From Chrysomallon squamiferum (taxonomy: Eukaryota > Animalia > Mollusca): a stretch of 64,000 nt of DNA. Where the stretch lies: assembly GCA_012295275.1 (NCBI GenBank), contig CM022670.1:38068001-38132000 (forward strand). The letters are read 5' to 3'. Positions 29,356-53,100 of the stretch are shown one piece after another. The stretch's first letter is position 1. Each line of letters opens with the position of its first letter. Under the pieces are notes generated by a model, which was not told the DNA's origin, searched no databases, and saw only the letters and a program-made list of their open reading frames with translations. A program made the translations under genes and the position numbers.

Positions 29356-31275
29356 GTATGTATTCATACATCTTTAGGACTATTCAATGTTATTGTAAAT
29401 ATAATACTGCTTGGTTAAATTTGGAGTACCCTTATGACGGGTTGTATACCACTTAAATATATAGGGAGTGTAAATTTTGAACATCGATTTATATAATTTT
29501 GGAACAGAAGAAATATCTGGAGTTATATTTTCGTACAGAAAAGTAAATTCGGTGGTTGTTCGGACAAGTGTAATTGTATTTGTCGTTGTTGTGAGTTGGT
29601 GTTTCTTGAATTTTATTAAGTACATTTTCGTTTAAATTAGTTTAAGTTTAGGAGAGGGAATTTAATTTGTAATTATGAAAGAATGATAAATGAATAGTTG
29701 TTAAGAAATAATTAAGTTAAATTAATTTAATTCGCAATATACTTTATTTTCTAAGATGTATTTTATGTATTATCGTATGATTCCTATTTCCGACATATAT
29801 TTATATTATGTTTATTTTATATTAGTATATGATTCTGTAGCATATAACATAACCTGTGCATTCATTAACGTATTTTGTTGTTGTTGGTTGTTTGGGTTTT
29901 TACTTCTTTTTTTTTTTTTTTTTTGTATGTATGTATCTGGTGAACATAATGTATCAAATAGATTAGCAGTTTTTAATAGATATTATGATCCGAATTTTCT
30001 AAATGTGATCTCTACAAATTCTTCTCTCTGTGAGCGTGTGCGCGCCTGGGTGCTTCTTGTCTGTGTATATATGTATGTATCAAACATAAATAATAACATC
30101 ATTAAAAATATTTCACATATTAGGTATGTGACAAAATTTTCAAAAATAAATTTTTCCTTTAAAATTTTATATCCCAGGAATGAGTCCCCAAAAGACACCT
30201 GGATATCTTTGATATATCCAAATAAAATTTGCCTTTATTTTTCCTTCAGAATCTATGGAGAAAGTGATTTATTTAATTCATTTGGCAGAATAAACACAGA
30301 ATATTTCATATAGTTTCAAACCACTGTACATGTATTATATATCAGAATAAAGCTTTATTGAATCCTAGAGATGTACAGTATTTCAAAGCATGTTGCTAAG
30401 ACTCATGAATATTAATTAATTAATTGCAATAATTTGCTGAAATGTACCCTTGAATTAGAAATTAAAACATAATACAAAAAGATCAAGACTGATGAATGTA
30501 AGAGCCTTTTTATTTTTTTATTAGTAAATTAAAAGCATTAATTTGCCTTATGATTTCATTTTATAGATATCAAACAATTCTGAAAAATCTAACTTGATAA
30601 GAACTTTCTTCGTAATCAACATCTTTATCAGAAAGAAAATATTATCTAAAACTGAATATTATACCATTTAATTACTAAATCAAAGAAAATAAATGAAACA
30701 AGAAAGGACTGAGACATCAGAAGAACAGCAGTTGCTATGGCCACATCATATGGAGATATAACCTGCTATACCAATCTGAAATTTGGCAGACTATGAGAGA
30801 AATACATAATTTGCAATGTGTATATGAATAAGCTTATCTCAGTCACACTATGATCATTTGAAATGGTAAACATGCCTGTTGATTCTCTGCTGTTTATCAA
30901 AGATAACGTGAAGAAGCTAATAAGATGATGAAGCAGAATATGTTTATTATGTCATGTTGTTTTTGAAAATAAATGAAAAAATATTGACCAAATGGAAACA
31001 TGAATTAGGGAAACCCCTTCAATGAAAACAAAAATGTCACAAAAATCATGCAATCTTCCTCTGTGTCACATACAGCTTCAGTCACATTCCTATAGATATC
31101 AATACTCAGTTGTATGGTTGTTGTTTTGGGGCTTCATCTTGTTGCTGTATTGACTTTTTCTTTTACTTTTCTTATTTTTTTAATTAACATTAATCTGTGT
31201 AATTTTATTTTGACAGATGCACTTACTGGAAAGTGCTGTTGGTCAAGTGAAGTTGCCAAGAAGGTGACCAACAAA

Positions 31276-41132
<9,857 letters not shown>

Positions 41133-43353
41133 AACACCAAACAGTGTTTCCTCATGGTTGTTGTCATATTTTTTTTTTTTTACTTATCAACAAAACATTC
41201 TTTGAGGTTATGCCAATAACAACACACAATTCTTAACCGGTCGTCTTCTCCATTTCTTTGTTTCACTGGACTAAAAATTTAGAAACTATTTGTGTGAAAC
41301 TTTTTAATGTGTGAATCGTGGATGTTGAATGTCATGGAGGATAATGGAATTAATTCTGCTGTTTATTTGTTACCAGAAACAAAACATTCCCTGGGGCTCT
41401 GTTTTTGTATAGAATATACAAGTGTGGCTTTTTTTTTTTTTTAATTTTTTTTTTTTTTCACAAGACTATATTATTCTGTGAATTTTTCGTGTTTTAAATA
41501 ATGGATGGGAGATTTTTTTCAAGAAGATGTACACTGCATGAATCTGCTGCATACACGAGTGGACACTTAAGTTGATCTGTGATATGAAATATTTGTTATA
41601 GAGTTATATATTATTATATGTAAATACAGAGTGGTCAGTATATATTATTACTTTATCTGTGTGTTGCTGCTGCTGCTGCTGCCAGATTATTTTAGCTTTT
41701 GGTGCAGATTAACTATGTCTTTCACACTGCTCAATTTCAGTATAATCAACAAAAATATTTTTTTTAAAGTGTAACCTCAGTTTATTACTGGCATTCGCAG
41801 TAGACTGAAAATATAATTCAGGTATTACAGTTCTATATAAAAATGTGGTTTGAGATTTTATTTTCTATTAAACAAAATGTCTAAATGTTTAATATTAAGC
41901 ATGCTGATTACTTACTGAAAGTTTTATGCAACCAACAGCAGTATAGAATATAGAATACAGTAGAATTACACATCATCTTATACCTTAATTGAAATAACTA
42001 AGTGTAAATTTAGAATTGTGAAAATGTTTTGGATGACAAAATAAAACTGATAATTAAGTGTCACAGGAATGGAATATTTGTAGTAAGAGATTTAATGTTT
42101 TATTGGTATGTCAGCATCCTTTAATACACAGTGCATAACATAAATGGATTGGTTGAATGAAATTTGAAATCTGGGAAGAGAAAGAAACAAATTTAATTTG
42201 AGAAGGGGACGGTGCTAGGTCTTTGAGATTTAAAAAAATAATAATAAATTTTCTAAGTAATTAATTTTTATTTGATACTATTTGGGAATAAAAACTGTTA
42301 GAAACAACCTTTAAAATAAATAAATAAATAATAATAGAAATGATGATAAATGTTTTGTGCAGTACTATGTAAAAAATAAGATTTTAGTGGATGAGCAGAA
42401 ACACATGATTTTCGTGTATGGACTGACGTCTTTGTATAGCACCATGGATAATAAATGTTGTAGTGACAAGTTGTTGTGAATGTTGTAATGTTGAAATGTT
42501 TTTGATGTTATACATTCTCTATTGTAATATAAGAAATTACATTTTATTTAATTTTTTTTTTTTTTTTTTTATGCGTGAACATTCAGCAATAAGCAATAAT
42601 GTGTTCTGCTGAATATGTATTTTTAGATTCATTTATCTATTATTCTTATTTTTTTACGTCACTTTTTAATTTTATATTATATTTAATTTTATTTCTATTT
42701 TTTTTGATAATTTTTCAGTGTTTGTGATAGAGCTTGAAAGGGTATAGATAAGTACATTATTCGTTTTGTTTTAAGAATTAAATTATTTGTAGATATTGTC
42801 TGTGACAAACAAAACATCTGATACAGATTGTAAGAATTTTATTTTTTAATTTTCTGGGTTGTATGTGAGTATTTGCTTGTGTAGGATTCTTAATCTGGTT
42901 AGTTACGCCTTTTTTGCCTCTTAAAATCCTCTTGTATTTCTCTAGAATATTAATATTTATAAACTATAACAAAAAAATTAATAATAATCTAGAGTGGAAT
43001 GACAAAAATGATTCCTAGCATATTAAAACACTGGTCAGTGTTCAACAAAAATATTTTTTGAAATAAAAATTCAGAATCTTGCACTTGCTAAATTATGCCT
43101 ATAGAAAACCTTTTATCACACGTAAACCCGAAACTTAATCTCTAAATTCATTTTCCAAATGGCTAAACAGAATAAATCATTTTGCAGTTAGGTATATCTC
43201 AAAATGATGGACCTTCATCTGAATCATTTCCACAGATTACATATTTGTTTAATTTGTTAATATTTATAACCAGTTTTTATTTGTTACAAGCATATTCTGT
43301 GTTATTACTGATACGTTTGTTGTCTTGGATTTTTTTTTTATGCTTTTGAAAAT

Positions 43354-43384
43354 ATTATTATTATTATTATTATTATTATTACTG

Positions 43385-43431
<47 letters not shown>

Positions 43432-43456
43432 TATTATTATTATTATTATTATTATT
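43354..43456. repeat. (TTA)n microsatellite; others at 15120-15167, 29193-29241 and 40019-40081
   Basis: Directly visible. Confidence 0.9.
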
Positions 43457-44428
43457 GAAAAATAACTAAATATGTAATACAGTATAAATTGTGCTTGAAA
43501 ATAAAAATTGGTTAATTAGAAGTTATGCACAGTAATATAAATTTTCACAGCAATATATATATTATATAGATTTGTTACCCTGCCACCTCAGTATTAGTTG
43601 CTGGTTCTAATCAGACGCTCATTTTTAATGTTGCCTTTATAATTAGAATTCACATTGTTATGATTGTTTTCACTGCCACTGTGTAACATGGCTGCTGTAT
43701 ATTATAAATGTGTGAACAATGTTTGAAACAATACTCCGTGTTTGTTTTTCATTGTGGGATAATATTATTAGTCTACTTCAGAATGTCTCGTTACTTTGCT
43801 CTGAATCTTCAGTAACATAAGACTTGATAAAAATGGTAATTAACAAGCATTCATTTATCTAGAGGCATTAAAAGGTCATCCATTCATAGTGGTTTCTTGC
43901 AGAAGGACAATCCATAGTAACATTCTAAACAGAACAGTGACTGAGGCAGAAGTTTAAGGATAATTAGGTTTCAGATTCCAGTACTGCAGTTAAACAAAAG
44001 CTAATCTTGTAAAGTCATTCACAAGACACAAGCTACAAGACTTCGTTTCTGTATTCCATAGGCACAGCGTTTTTAGCAAATGTTTTTAGGCCTACACATA
44101 AACAAATTATCCACAAAAGAACAAAATGAAGAAAAACATGTTAAATACTAAGAATTTTTTAAAAAAAGAAGAAATCAAATATACCTCATATACCCCATAC
44201 ATTTTTACAACAGCAATGCAGTGCGTTTTTCTGTTTGCTGAATGATGTTGTGGAGTTGACTGTGTTTTATATCAATAACAAGCACTACATGAAAAGATTT
44301 GAAACAAGTTTATCATGTAAATGCTCATATTCTGCTACAGAAGTTAACTCAAATATTCTACAAGTACGTTGCAGAAAGTTAGATGTATATTTTAATATTT
44401 TACTCAACTACTACATAAAATATATTTA

Positions 44429-44468
<40 letters not shown>

Positions 44469-44899
44469 AAAATATATATATATATATATATATTCTGAGC
44501 AATGTACAAAACATGAAATTAATTCTTAAAAACTAATTTGGTACAAAAAAATCAAAACTGGCAGTGCTGCTGTAGTGTATTTATTTGTGTTAGAACAATG
44601 ATACAGAGTATTTCTCTATCAACCAACAAGTGGCTGAAGTAACAGCAACATTTTCATCTATAATAACAACATGACAATTCACTTGTTAATCAATAGTAAC
44701 AGCATTTATATTTTAATTAAACAATATTAGGAAGATGATATTTAACAACATGCAGCATGAAAAACATCCACTGTCAGGTGTAAAACAAAGGTAAACATAA
44801 CAAAATGGTGACTATTCACAAAAATTCTAAGTTAGTCAAAACACAGTGTCAAGAGCTGTACAAAAAGTATTAAAGTTTATTTAAATTATAATTTATGAT

Positions 44900-47800
44900 T
44901 AGTAAATCTCAAATTTTTTTTAAATGCATTCAGGATGGAATCAAAATGATTCATTCATTTATTTGACCAAATATATCTGTGAATCTGCCTAAGATGATTG
45001 CACTCCACCAAAATGTGGCACACTGTCAGAGAACACTGTCAGAGTACACTGACAGTGTTCACAGTGAGGTGGACGATCCTTCTTCAGGGTAAATGAACAG
45101 GAGAAACAAGTACTTCTGATGTTAGCACAACACAACACTTTCTTGTCCTTCCTGCATTGCTTGTTGGAGGACTGGCTTGACAGAATGAAGTTTGTTCACG
45201 ACTGCACCATTCCAATCATCCTGCCAAATAGAAAAACTATGTCAGAGAATCAGATGTGTAAAATCATCATAAGACCCACAAGCTTTTACATGAGGCAAAT
45301 CTAAAGCAGACTTGACAGCAGAATCTGCTCCTGATGCCAACATGGCTGGGTACCCAACAATAAACAATATTTTTATTGGCATTAGATAACAAGATACACT
45401 TTCAAATCACCATCCCAATTAAGGGATACTTGAGCTCCATATGCTGTAAAGTATGAAGACAAGAAAGGGAGTCTGTGAAAATAATGCCTTTGGATGCAAA
45501 AGAATGTTTAATTTCTTCAAGGGCTTTAAGAATTGCCTGAAGTACATTGTGAAAGCTGATGCTGAATCAGGCAACCTCATAGAAAACTTTATGTTTGATA
45601 GAAGAACTAGCACATGAAACACTGATGATAAATAATAGGATTTGTGCTGTTTTCTAAGATGTGCAACATCCAGCACAATTTTTGGTGGGTTGACACAAAG
45701 AATAACAAAATATGTAGGTGTTTTCAAAATGTCTGAAAAATCAATGTTGGAGGCAGTTAGTAACTGCTTGATGCAAAGACCAAATGTTTTAATGCTATTC
45801 GGCCTTGCATCAAACAACCTCTTGTCAAATACTGTATCATATGCAGGATGTTTTGGTAATGATTTTATCTTAGAAGCAAAATTCATGTGTCTCAACGCAC
45901 AAGCTCTGCACAGGAAATGTTCTGAATGCACCAAGACACAACCTAAGTCCCTGGTTAAATACAGGATCTGCTGTCCCATAAACAATGCACCCATAATCCA
46001 ATCTTATTAAAGACAATAAAGTTGGAGCATGACGTTTCAGTCTGCTCCCCATTCAGTATTGCCAATCGTTTAAAAAATATTGAGGGCCTTTAACCTTGTA
46101 CTTAATATTTTTTAAATAGGGTTCAAAGGATAATTTCCTGTCAAATATAACCCAGAGAAATGTCTCTCCTCCACAACAGGAATTGGACTTTTGTCAAGAA
46201 ATAATTGTGGGTCCAAATGGAGACCTCTGTTCTGACAGATAGGCATACATACTGTGTTTGTCTTTGAGAATCTAAAGCCATTGTCAGCTGCCCATTGCTG
46301 AAGTTTATTCAGACAAAATTGCAACTGATGTTTGATAATAATTAAGTTGGATGATCTGTAGCAAATCTGAAAATCGTCGATGTATAAAGAGCAATCAACT
46401 CCAGGTTTTAAACACTAGGTGATGCAGTTAATTTCATAGAAAATAAGGTTACTGACAGGATGCTAACCTGATGTGCATCCATCTCTTGCCAACATGAATC
46501 AGTAGAGCCCATCCAGACTTCTTTTTAAAAATTCATTATAAAAATGGGAAGGCGACCTTTCATATGTTCATTATGTTATATTTCCATGCAGTTCCATGCA
46601 GCTTATGCAGTGCATAAGCTTTCTCCAAATAAAAAAACTCAGAAACTAGATGTCAATTGTGGACAAAAGCTTCCCTGCAAAATGTTTCAAATCTAACAAG
46701 ATGATGGTGCGACGTCTGGATCTGCAACCACACTGCACATTAGTAAGCAGTTTGTGAGCTTCAAAAACCCAGACAAGTCTACAATTGATCATTCATTCCA
46801 TGGCTTTGCAGATGCAACTTGCCAAGGCAATAGGGCAATAATTAGTAGCCTTTATTGGATCCTTACCAGATTTTGAAACAGGAATGACATTTTCTTTCCT
46901 CAAATCAGAAGCAAACTTATCAAAAATCTAAATATTATTGAAAATTCATGTTAGAAGCAAGAGAGAAGAGCTGGTTAAATGTTTACTTAACTGGTAGTCT
47001 ATTTCATTTGGGCTTCTTGGAGTGTCATGAGCTCTGAATAGTGCATCCTCCAATTCTTCTGTGGAGAAGAGCATGTGGTATACTTCAGCATTTTCAGATG
47101 AAATTTTAAAAGACTTTATTGTGTGAAATCATCTGTACTAAAAGAATAATAAGAATTATGAGAAATGTTATCTGTGACCTCATGGCAGTGTGAGGCTGTG
47201 ACATGACGTGTGTCATTGGCAGACAGATGGTGGACAGTGTTACAGGATTTCTTTCCCTTGATTTTTCGGATTTATTCCACACAGATTTAACTGATGTTTG
47301 GGAATTCATATTGGAAATATATTTTCTTTTTGAATGCCTTTGCCCCAATAATAAGATAACAATCCAGATTGCCCTCAGCTTGCTCCCGTTTGAACCTTTC
47401 ATTGGCCCTGTTGTGCTCTTTGATTGCATATTTACTATAATCAGTAAACATTGGTTTAAAAAGTTTTGGTACTGCCGAAGTCTAAGACCCAATCACTAGA
47501 AACGTTGTCCAGGAATTCGAAAAAAATCGTCTTGGATTTCTTTACACCATTTATCATGGACTCTTCGACCGAAGACGAAAAGTCCGAACCTCGGTATGGA
47601 CTCTTTTCAGAGTCCCGTCAGAAGTTAAAGCTATTGTTTGTTTTGTTGCTTTTGTTTGTTTGTTTTGTTTGTTGTTGCTGGTTTTTTGTTGTTGTTGTTG
47701 TTGTTTTAGCCATAGTAGAACTTCGTTATTTCATCAACCGTCCCCCCCCACCGAGCCCATCAAGGGGACGTCATCTAGCGGAAGTCCAGCAGACACGCAT

Positions 47801-47990
47801 GCCAGGGATACGTGCTCGATATACTCGGGTAATTAAAACAATAAATCACCTGAATGTCCCCAGTCACCGCCACGAGAGCTGCATATCAAAATAATTTTAA
47901 CAGTATTTGTTCTAGACAATTAAACAAAACAGTGGTTGTTAGCGCTCGAGTTTGACGTGATCAGCCGATTGATCAGGTCGGGCCGAATTT
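44900..47990 (-). mobile_element. Decayed non-LTR retrotransposon (I-group-like LINE with RT, RNase H and a C-terminal zinc knuckle), many stops and frameshifts
   Basis: Minus-strand remnants: YCPIALASCICKAME (~46800-46845), LEKAY (~46615), SLYIDDFQICYR (~46355-46390), LNKLQQWAADNGFRFSKTNT, LDYGCIVYG...GLRLCLGAFRTFPVQSL, RNase H CWVPSHVGIR (45330-45359), LTVCHILVEC (~45000-45030). The CpG-rich stretch 47475-47990 looks like a 5' UTR/ORF1 remnant. Ends are approximate. Confidence 0.88.
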
Positions 47991-49314
47991 AGGATAAAGA
48001 CCGTTCATTGTAAACAGTCGATACACAGCAGTTTTTTCATAATTTTTAATGAAAGTTTGAAAAAACATTTTCATTATTTTGTTTAAGAGGGCATGCAACT
48101 AGAACGATCAGTAATTTTATTTTTTATTTTTTATTTTTTTTTTTTTTCGTGGGTTTTTTCTTATAATGAAACTAATTTCATTTCTAAAATTAAATCCATC
48201 ATCATGATGGCATCCCTGTTTTCTGAAATCCTTGACCCATCACTGCCTTTTAATTACCTTTGAAATATTTCTGAGTCTTAAAAAAAAGAAAAGAAAAAGG
48301 TGTTTTAAATAGAATTTGATAGTTAAATGAATGTGTTCTATTTCAATGGAGTAGATATAATACGCAATGGTCACTAAGATTTTGAAACCTAAAGATTATA
48401 TATGTGTATGTGGAACAATATGCAATAATAATAATAAATACCCATAACAAATCAATGGCAAATAGCAACACCCCGAGACCAAAAAATTAAAGTATTGGAG
48501 ACAACAAAAATGCATTAAGTAAAGTATGAATAAATGAAAAAACAAACTCATTGCAATAACTGATCAATCAGAAATGTTCAAGCAACATTGATCATGACTA
48601 TTACTGTGTTTTTTTTTTTTTTTTTTAAATAATACTCAGGATCAATGATATACTTCATTTTGTAATAATATTTTATCACCGCAGATGAACATAAATGTAT
48701 CAGAAATCTAGAATAATGACGGAAGACTAAAAACGGCAGCCATTGTTGCAAAACTTGGGACAAAATAATCACTGAACCGTGACGTTATTGACAATGTTCA
48801 GCGTGATCGTGTGACGTGAAAATCAATGGCAAGATTATTAAATATCTAACCATCTATTTTGTTTTTCTTCTGATATCAATTCATCAAATTATTTACAGCA
48901 AATGAAATCTGATGCCATCACAGAAATAAGTAAACAGGTATAAACATTTCAAACTGCAAAACATTATAAAGACCTGGTAATGTAAATATCACTGAATCTC
49001 ATTTATTCAAGTGCTCTGGGCAACTGAAAACACATTTTCTTACAATGTGTGTCTTTCTTCGAGTAATAATTCAGTTTTTGGAAATAAACATACTGCCTAT
49101 ATGATGTAATATTTTAATTTACTGTAAATATTTCCAAGATGATTGAAGTCTTGTCTTCAAGCATGAATTTAGAAAGCACAACCATTATGATTTGTGTTTT
49201 TTTTTTTTCTTCACTTGTTGTTGGTTTATATTTTTTGTTTTGTTTTTATTGTTTTTATGTGTTTGTTTGTTGCTGGTTTTTTGTTTGTTTTATTAAATTT
49301 ATTTATTCATGCTT

Positions 49315-49345
<31 letters not shown>

Positions 49346-50083
49346 TTATAGTTTTTGATGTGATAGACTGTTTATCGAGTTCTCTGGGAGCTCTCAGCAA
49401 GAATCCATCCACTGATTGCAGTGTTTCTTTCACTCCGTACTCATTATTCAAGAAAATCTGTTATTTGTAATAATAAAATACAATCAAGTGGCAGACATTC
49501 ATGCTAGTTATTGCGCAATTTCTAAATGCAAGGTACTTGCAAACTCACTTAAGACTTACATGATTTTGAAGATTTAAAAAACTGACATTTGATATATATG
49601 TATCTATATATATTTTTTTTTTTTCTGAGTGTCTGTTTTTATATACATATGATTTTAACGCATTTTCTTCACTACACATATTTGAATTCATCAGTTTGTG
49701 CAAAAAAATAAAAAAAATGTAAAATTGGTCTGTAATGATGTTGTTTTCAAAATAGTCAAAAACTGAATAATCTCACTATGTAATTGTTTTTGTTTTTTTT
49801 TGTTTTTTTCTCAAGATGTCATTAAACACTGGGTTTCTTCTGACCACTAATAACTGTCATCTCAGAATAATTACATCATTATTACATTCCTCGCTTTCCA
49901 TCACAGTAATTTATATCATCTGTTCTTGACAGATGTAAGCACGCTATAATTCTATCAAATTATTTCATATTTGTACTCGGAAATGTTCAAACTGATTTAT
50001 CCTTCATCTGCCAACGTCTTAGATTTGCATAACATAGTTTTTGTCAATCTGCTTATTGAAGATACGCAACTAAAACCATCTTA

Positions 50084-50122
<39 letters not shown>

Positions 50123-53100
50123 TGGGTACTGTATCCAAATTTAGATATATGATTTTTTGGGAGAAAGGCATATCTGAACAAATTTATTAAGAGTTTTTAT
50201 TTAATTTGGTGGAAGCAAAAAATAACTTGAAAAACAATTTTGTTTGGAACAGACAAGTTGATCATAAAACAGTGCCTGTGTTTCCATTTTTTTCCTCTTT
50301 ATACAAAAATAAACTAAGTATTATATCCTTAAAATACATGTAACTAATTCAAAACAAATCTTTAATAATGAATGTTTTAATTCTTATTCACTATCTGAAG
50401 AATAGAGCTATTTTCTTTGACTTACTCATTTTCTGTTTGTAGAAATACTGTAAATTCCTGTGAAGGCAAATTATCTGATACTCTTGGAAAGATTGCATAT
50501 TAATTATAAACATTCTTATTATTATTATTATTATTTTGTTTGTTGTTGTTGTATTTGATCTAGGTAATTGTTTTTGTTGTTGCTGCTGCTGCTGTTGTTG
50601 TTGTTTTAATGATGAGTTAAATTTAAATTCATTTAACAAGAAACAAACGACAAAATCTGATTCTGAAGGAGAGTTTTATTTTCAAAATGAGTGCCAACTG
50701 TTAACTTTGAAAACATTTTGGTCTTGTGCAACTGGTGTCCACAGCAAACATACCACAACATATGTAAAATATAGAAGAAACAAAAAGCAAGTGATCGGTA
50801 ACATTTCAAATGCAATGATTCAAAGACATAACTTTCCAAAACAAATCTTTCATTTCTTTAAAAAATAACAATGCATTTTCATCTACTATTACACCTGTAG
50901 TTAGTTTTCTGTGAAAAGAATTCTATACTAAATAAGCTTGCTGATTACAGGCTGTAGCACCTTTGAAAATGCATCTAGATATAAAAACTAAGAGAAATTT
51001 TCTCTTTGTCTTTTGGTTTTTGGGGTTTTTTTTTACTAATTTTCACAAACTGCAAGCTAGTTGTATGCTTAATCTATTTTGTCTATATAAACTCCTTCCC
51101 TCTGTGGTATTTGTCAGATTCTACAATTCCATGTTCACACAAATGTATTTTCATTGATTTGTTGATGCTTGACTTTCTATATTTTTAATGGGAAGAAATT
51201 TTAAAAGCAAGGTAAATGAAATAAGGAATAATCTGATGCAAATTCAAATGCTGCAGTAAATTAAAAAATAAATAAATAAATAAATAAATAATTTAAAAAC
51301 ATTGAAAAACATTTTGAGGATTCTTTTGCAATCAAAAATATTTTAAACAGTAATTTTAATATGCAAACATAACGTTTTGTATATTTATATATATACACTG
51401 ATTACAAACATCAACCATATTTCATATTTTTATTAAAAGTTAAAAGTATTAATTTTTTCTTTAATTATCTACAACAAACAATTATAGTGAAAGAAAACAA
51501 AAGGTTGTTGTGAACAACATGTAAATGTATAAACAACAATAACATCAATATGATCAAAACAAATGGAAACTTTGAAATGAATAAATTTGAGTGTGTATGT
51601 ACAATCAAGTGGGCATCTAGTTCCAGTAAATCTATTTAAAACGAAAACTCCTTGAGATGGAAACATGAAGGAGAAAAATTGCTAAAAATAATAATTATCC
51701 CTGAAAATTAGCACTAATAAAAAACAACTAAATATAGACTGTAAATTACCTAGATGAAGGGAGATGTAGAAGGGATAGATACATTGCACAATTATAAGTT
51801 AATAAATGCACTATAGAAAGTAAACAGGACTGTTGGGATGAGGTGGTGAAAAGCAGCACGCTACATCAATTACCAATTTACCGCATCACAGCCACTGACA
51901 ACTGTAAGTGCCATTTCTTTTTTTCTTTTTTTTTTTTGGATGATATTTTGTATGAAAGCCAGTTTATTGTGTAATGATCATTGACATGAAAATAACTACA
52001 AGACGCATATGTAGTTGTTATTATTACATTTTAATTATTTTAGATTTTTTTTTTTTTTTTTTCTGGATAGGAGGGTGATGTCTTGCCACAGAAAGAAACA
52101 ACTTTTATCTAATAAATTTTCAATGAGTTCAGTTGATCCAGAATGTAATCTTTTATTTATTTATTATTTATTTATTTATTACTATTTTATTTGTTTTGTG
52201 TTCCTATACTCTTGATATTCAAGAATACAAATTAGGAATGCACAATATTTATGTCTGCTGATTGTTAATAACAGTTGTTTGTCTCATACATTTTTAATGA
52301 TGGAACTTCTATGCTCTTTCCATACTTGTTATATCAATGCTGTGCATATTTTATAGCAATCTATTTGCTGGACATGACTGATAAATTTTAATAAATAAAT
52401 AATTTGGGATGTGGGGGGCATGTTGAAGTAGATTTTATGTTTATGTCTACATTCCAAACTTGTGATTTTATGAATTTATTTGAAATAATAATAAAATAAA
52501 TAGATAAATAAAAAGTTTCAGTGATATCATCAAGAATGCAGTTTATTCTGATTTAAAGTTAAAGATGGCTAAGATACGAAGCATATGACAACAAATTCAG
52601 TTACAGTGAAGACAAGAAAAATATATTTGTAGAGAGGAACTGTTCTTAACAAAGAAATGTGACAAAAGATTTTTCACAAATGCAATAACAAATTAATAAT
52701 TCATCGTAACAAGAGGGAATTATTTCAGTTATATCCACCTTTCTGTTTTGTATTCTTTCTTTTTTTTCAGTGATTAAATATTTCAATAAACCAAAGGATG
52801 TTCCCAGAAATAGAAGAGAATAAATGCCTTTTAATTGTTCATGTCAACAAAATGTACATCACATCAGTCACTTTGTACATATCTCAAGTGATAACTATGA
52901 AATAAATAAATAAATAAATAAACACAATACTAAGAATGTTATATAACAAAAATTACAAATTAAACAAATATTTCTGTATTCCCTATCCACAAATAAAATT
53001 AAAAAAAAAAATCTGATCATGTAAACAGGAGAAAAAATAATGTTAAAGAGACAATAACTTAATTAAAAAATTAAATTCTCTGAAATGCAATCGGTATCTG

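Noticed and set aside
45642-47894. Plus-strand ORFs at 45642-46010, 47203-47499 and 47466-47894
   Set aside because: Antisense shadows of the decayed LINE.
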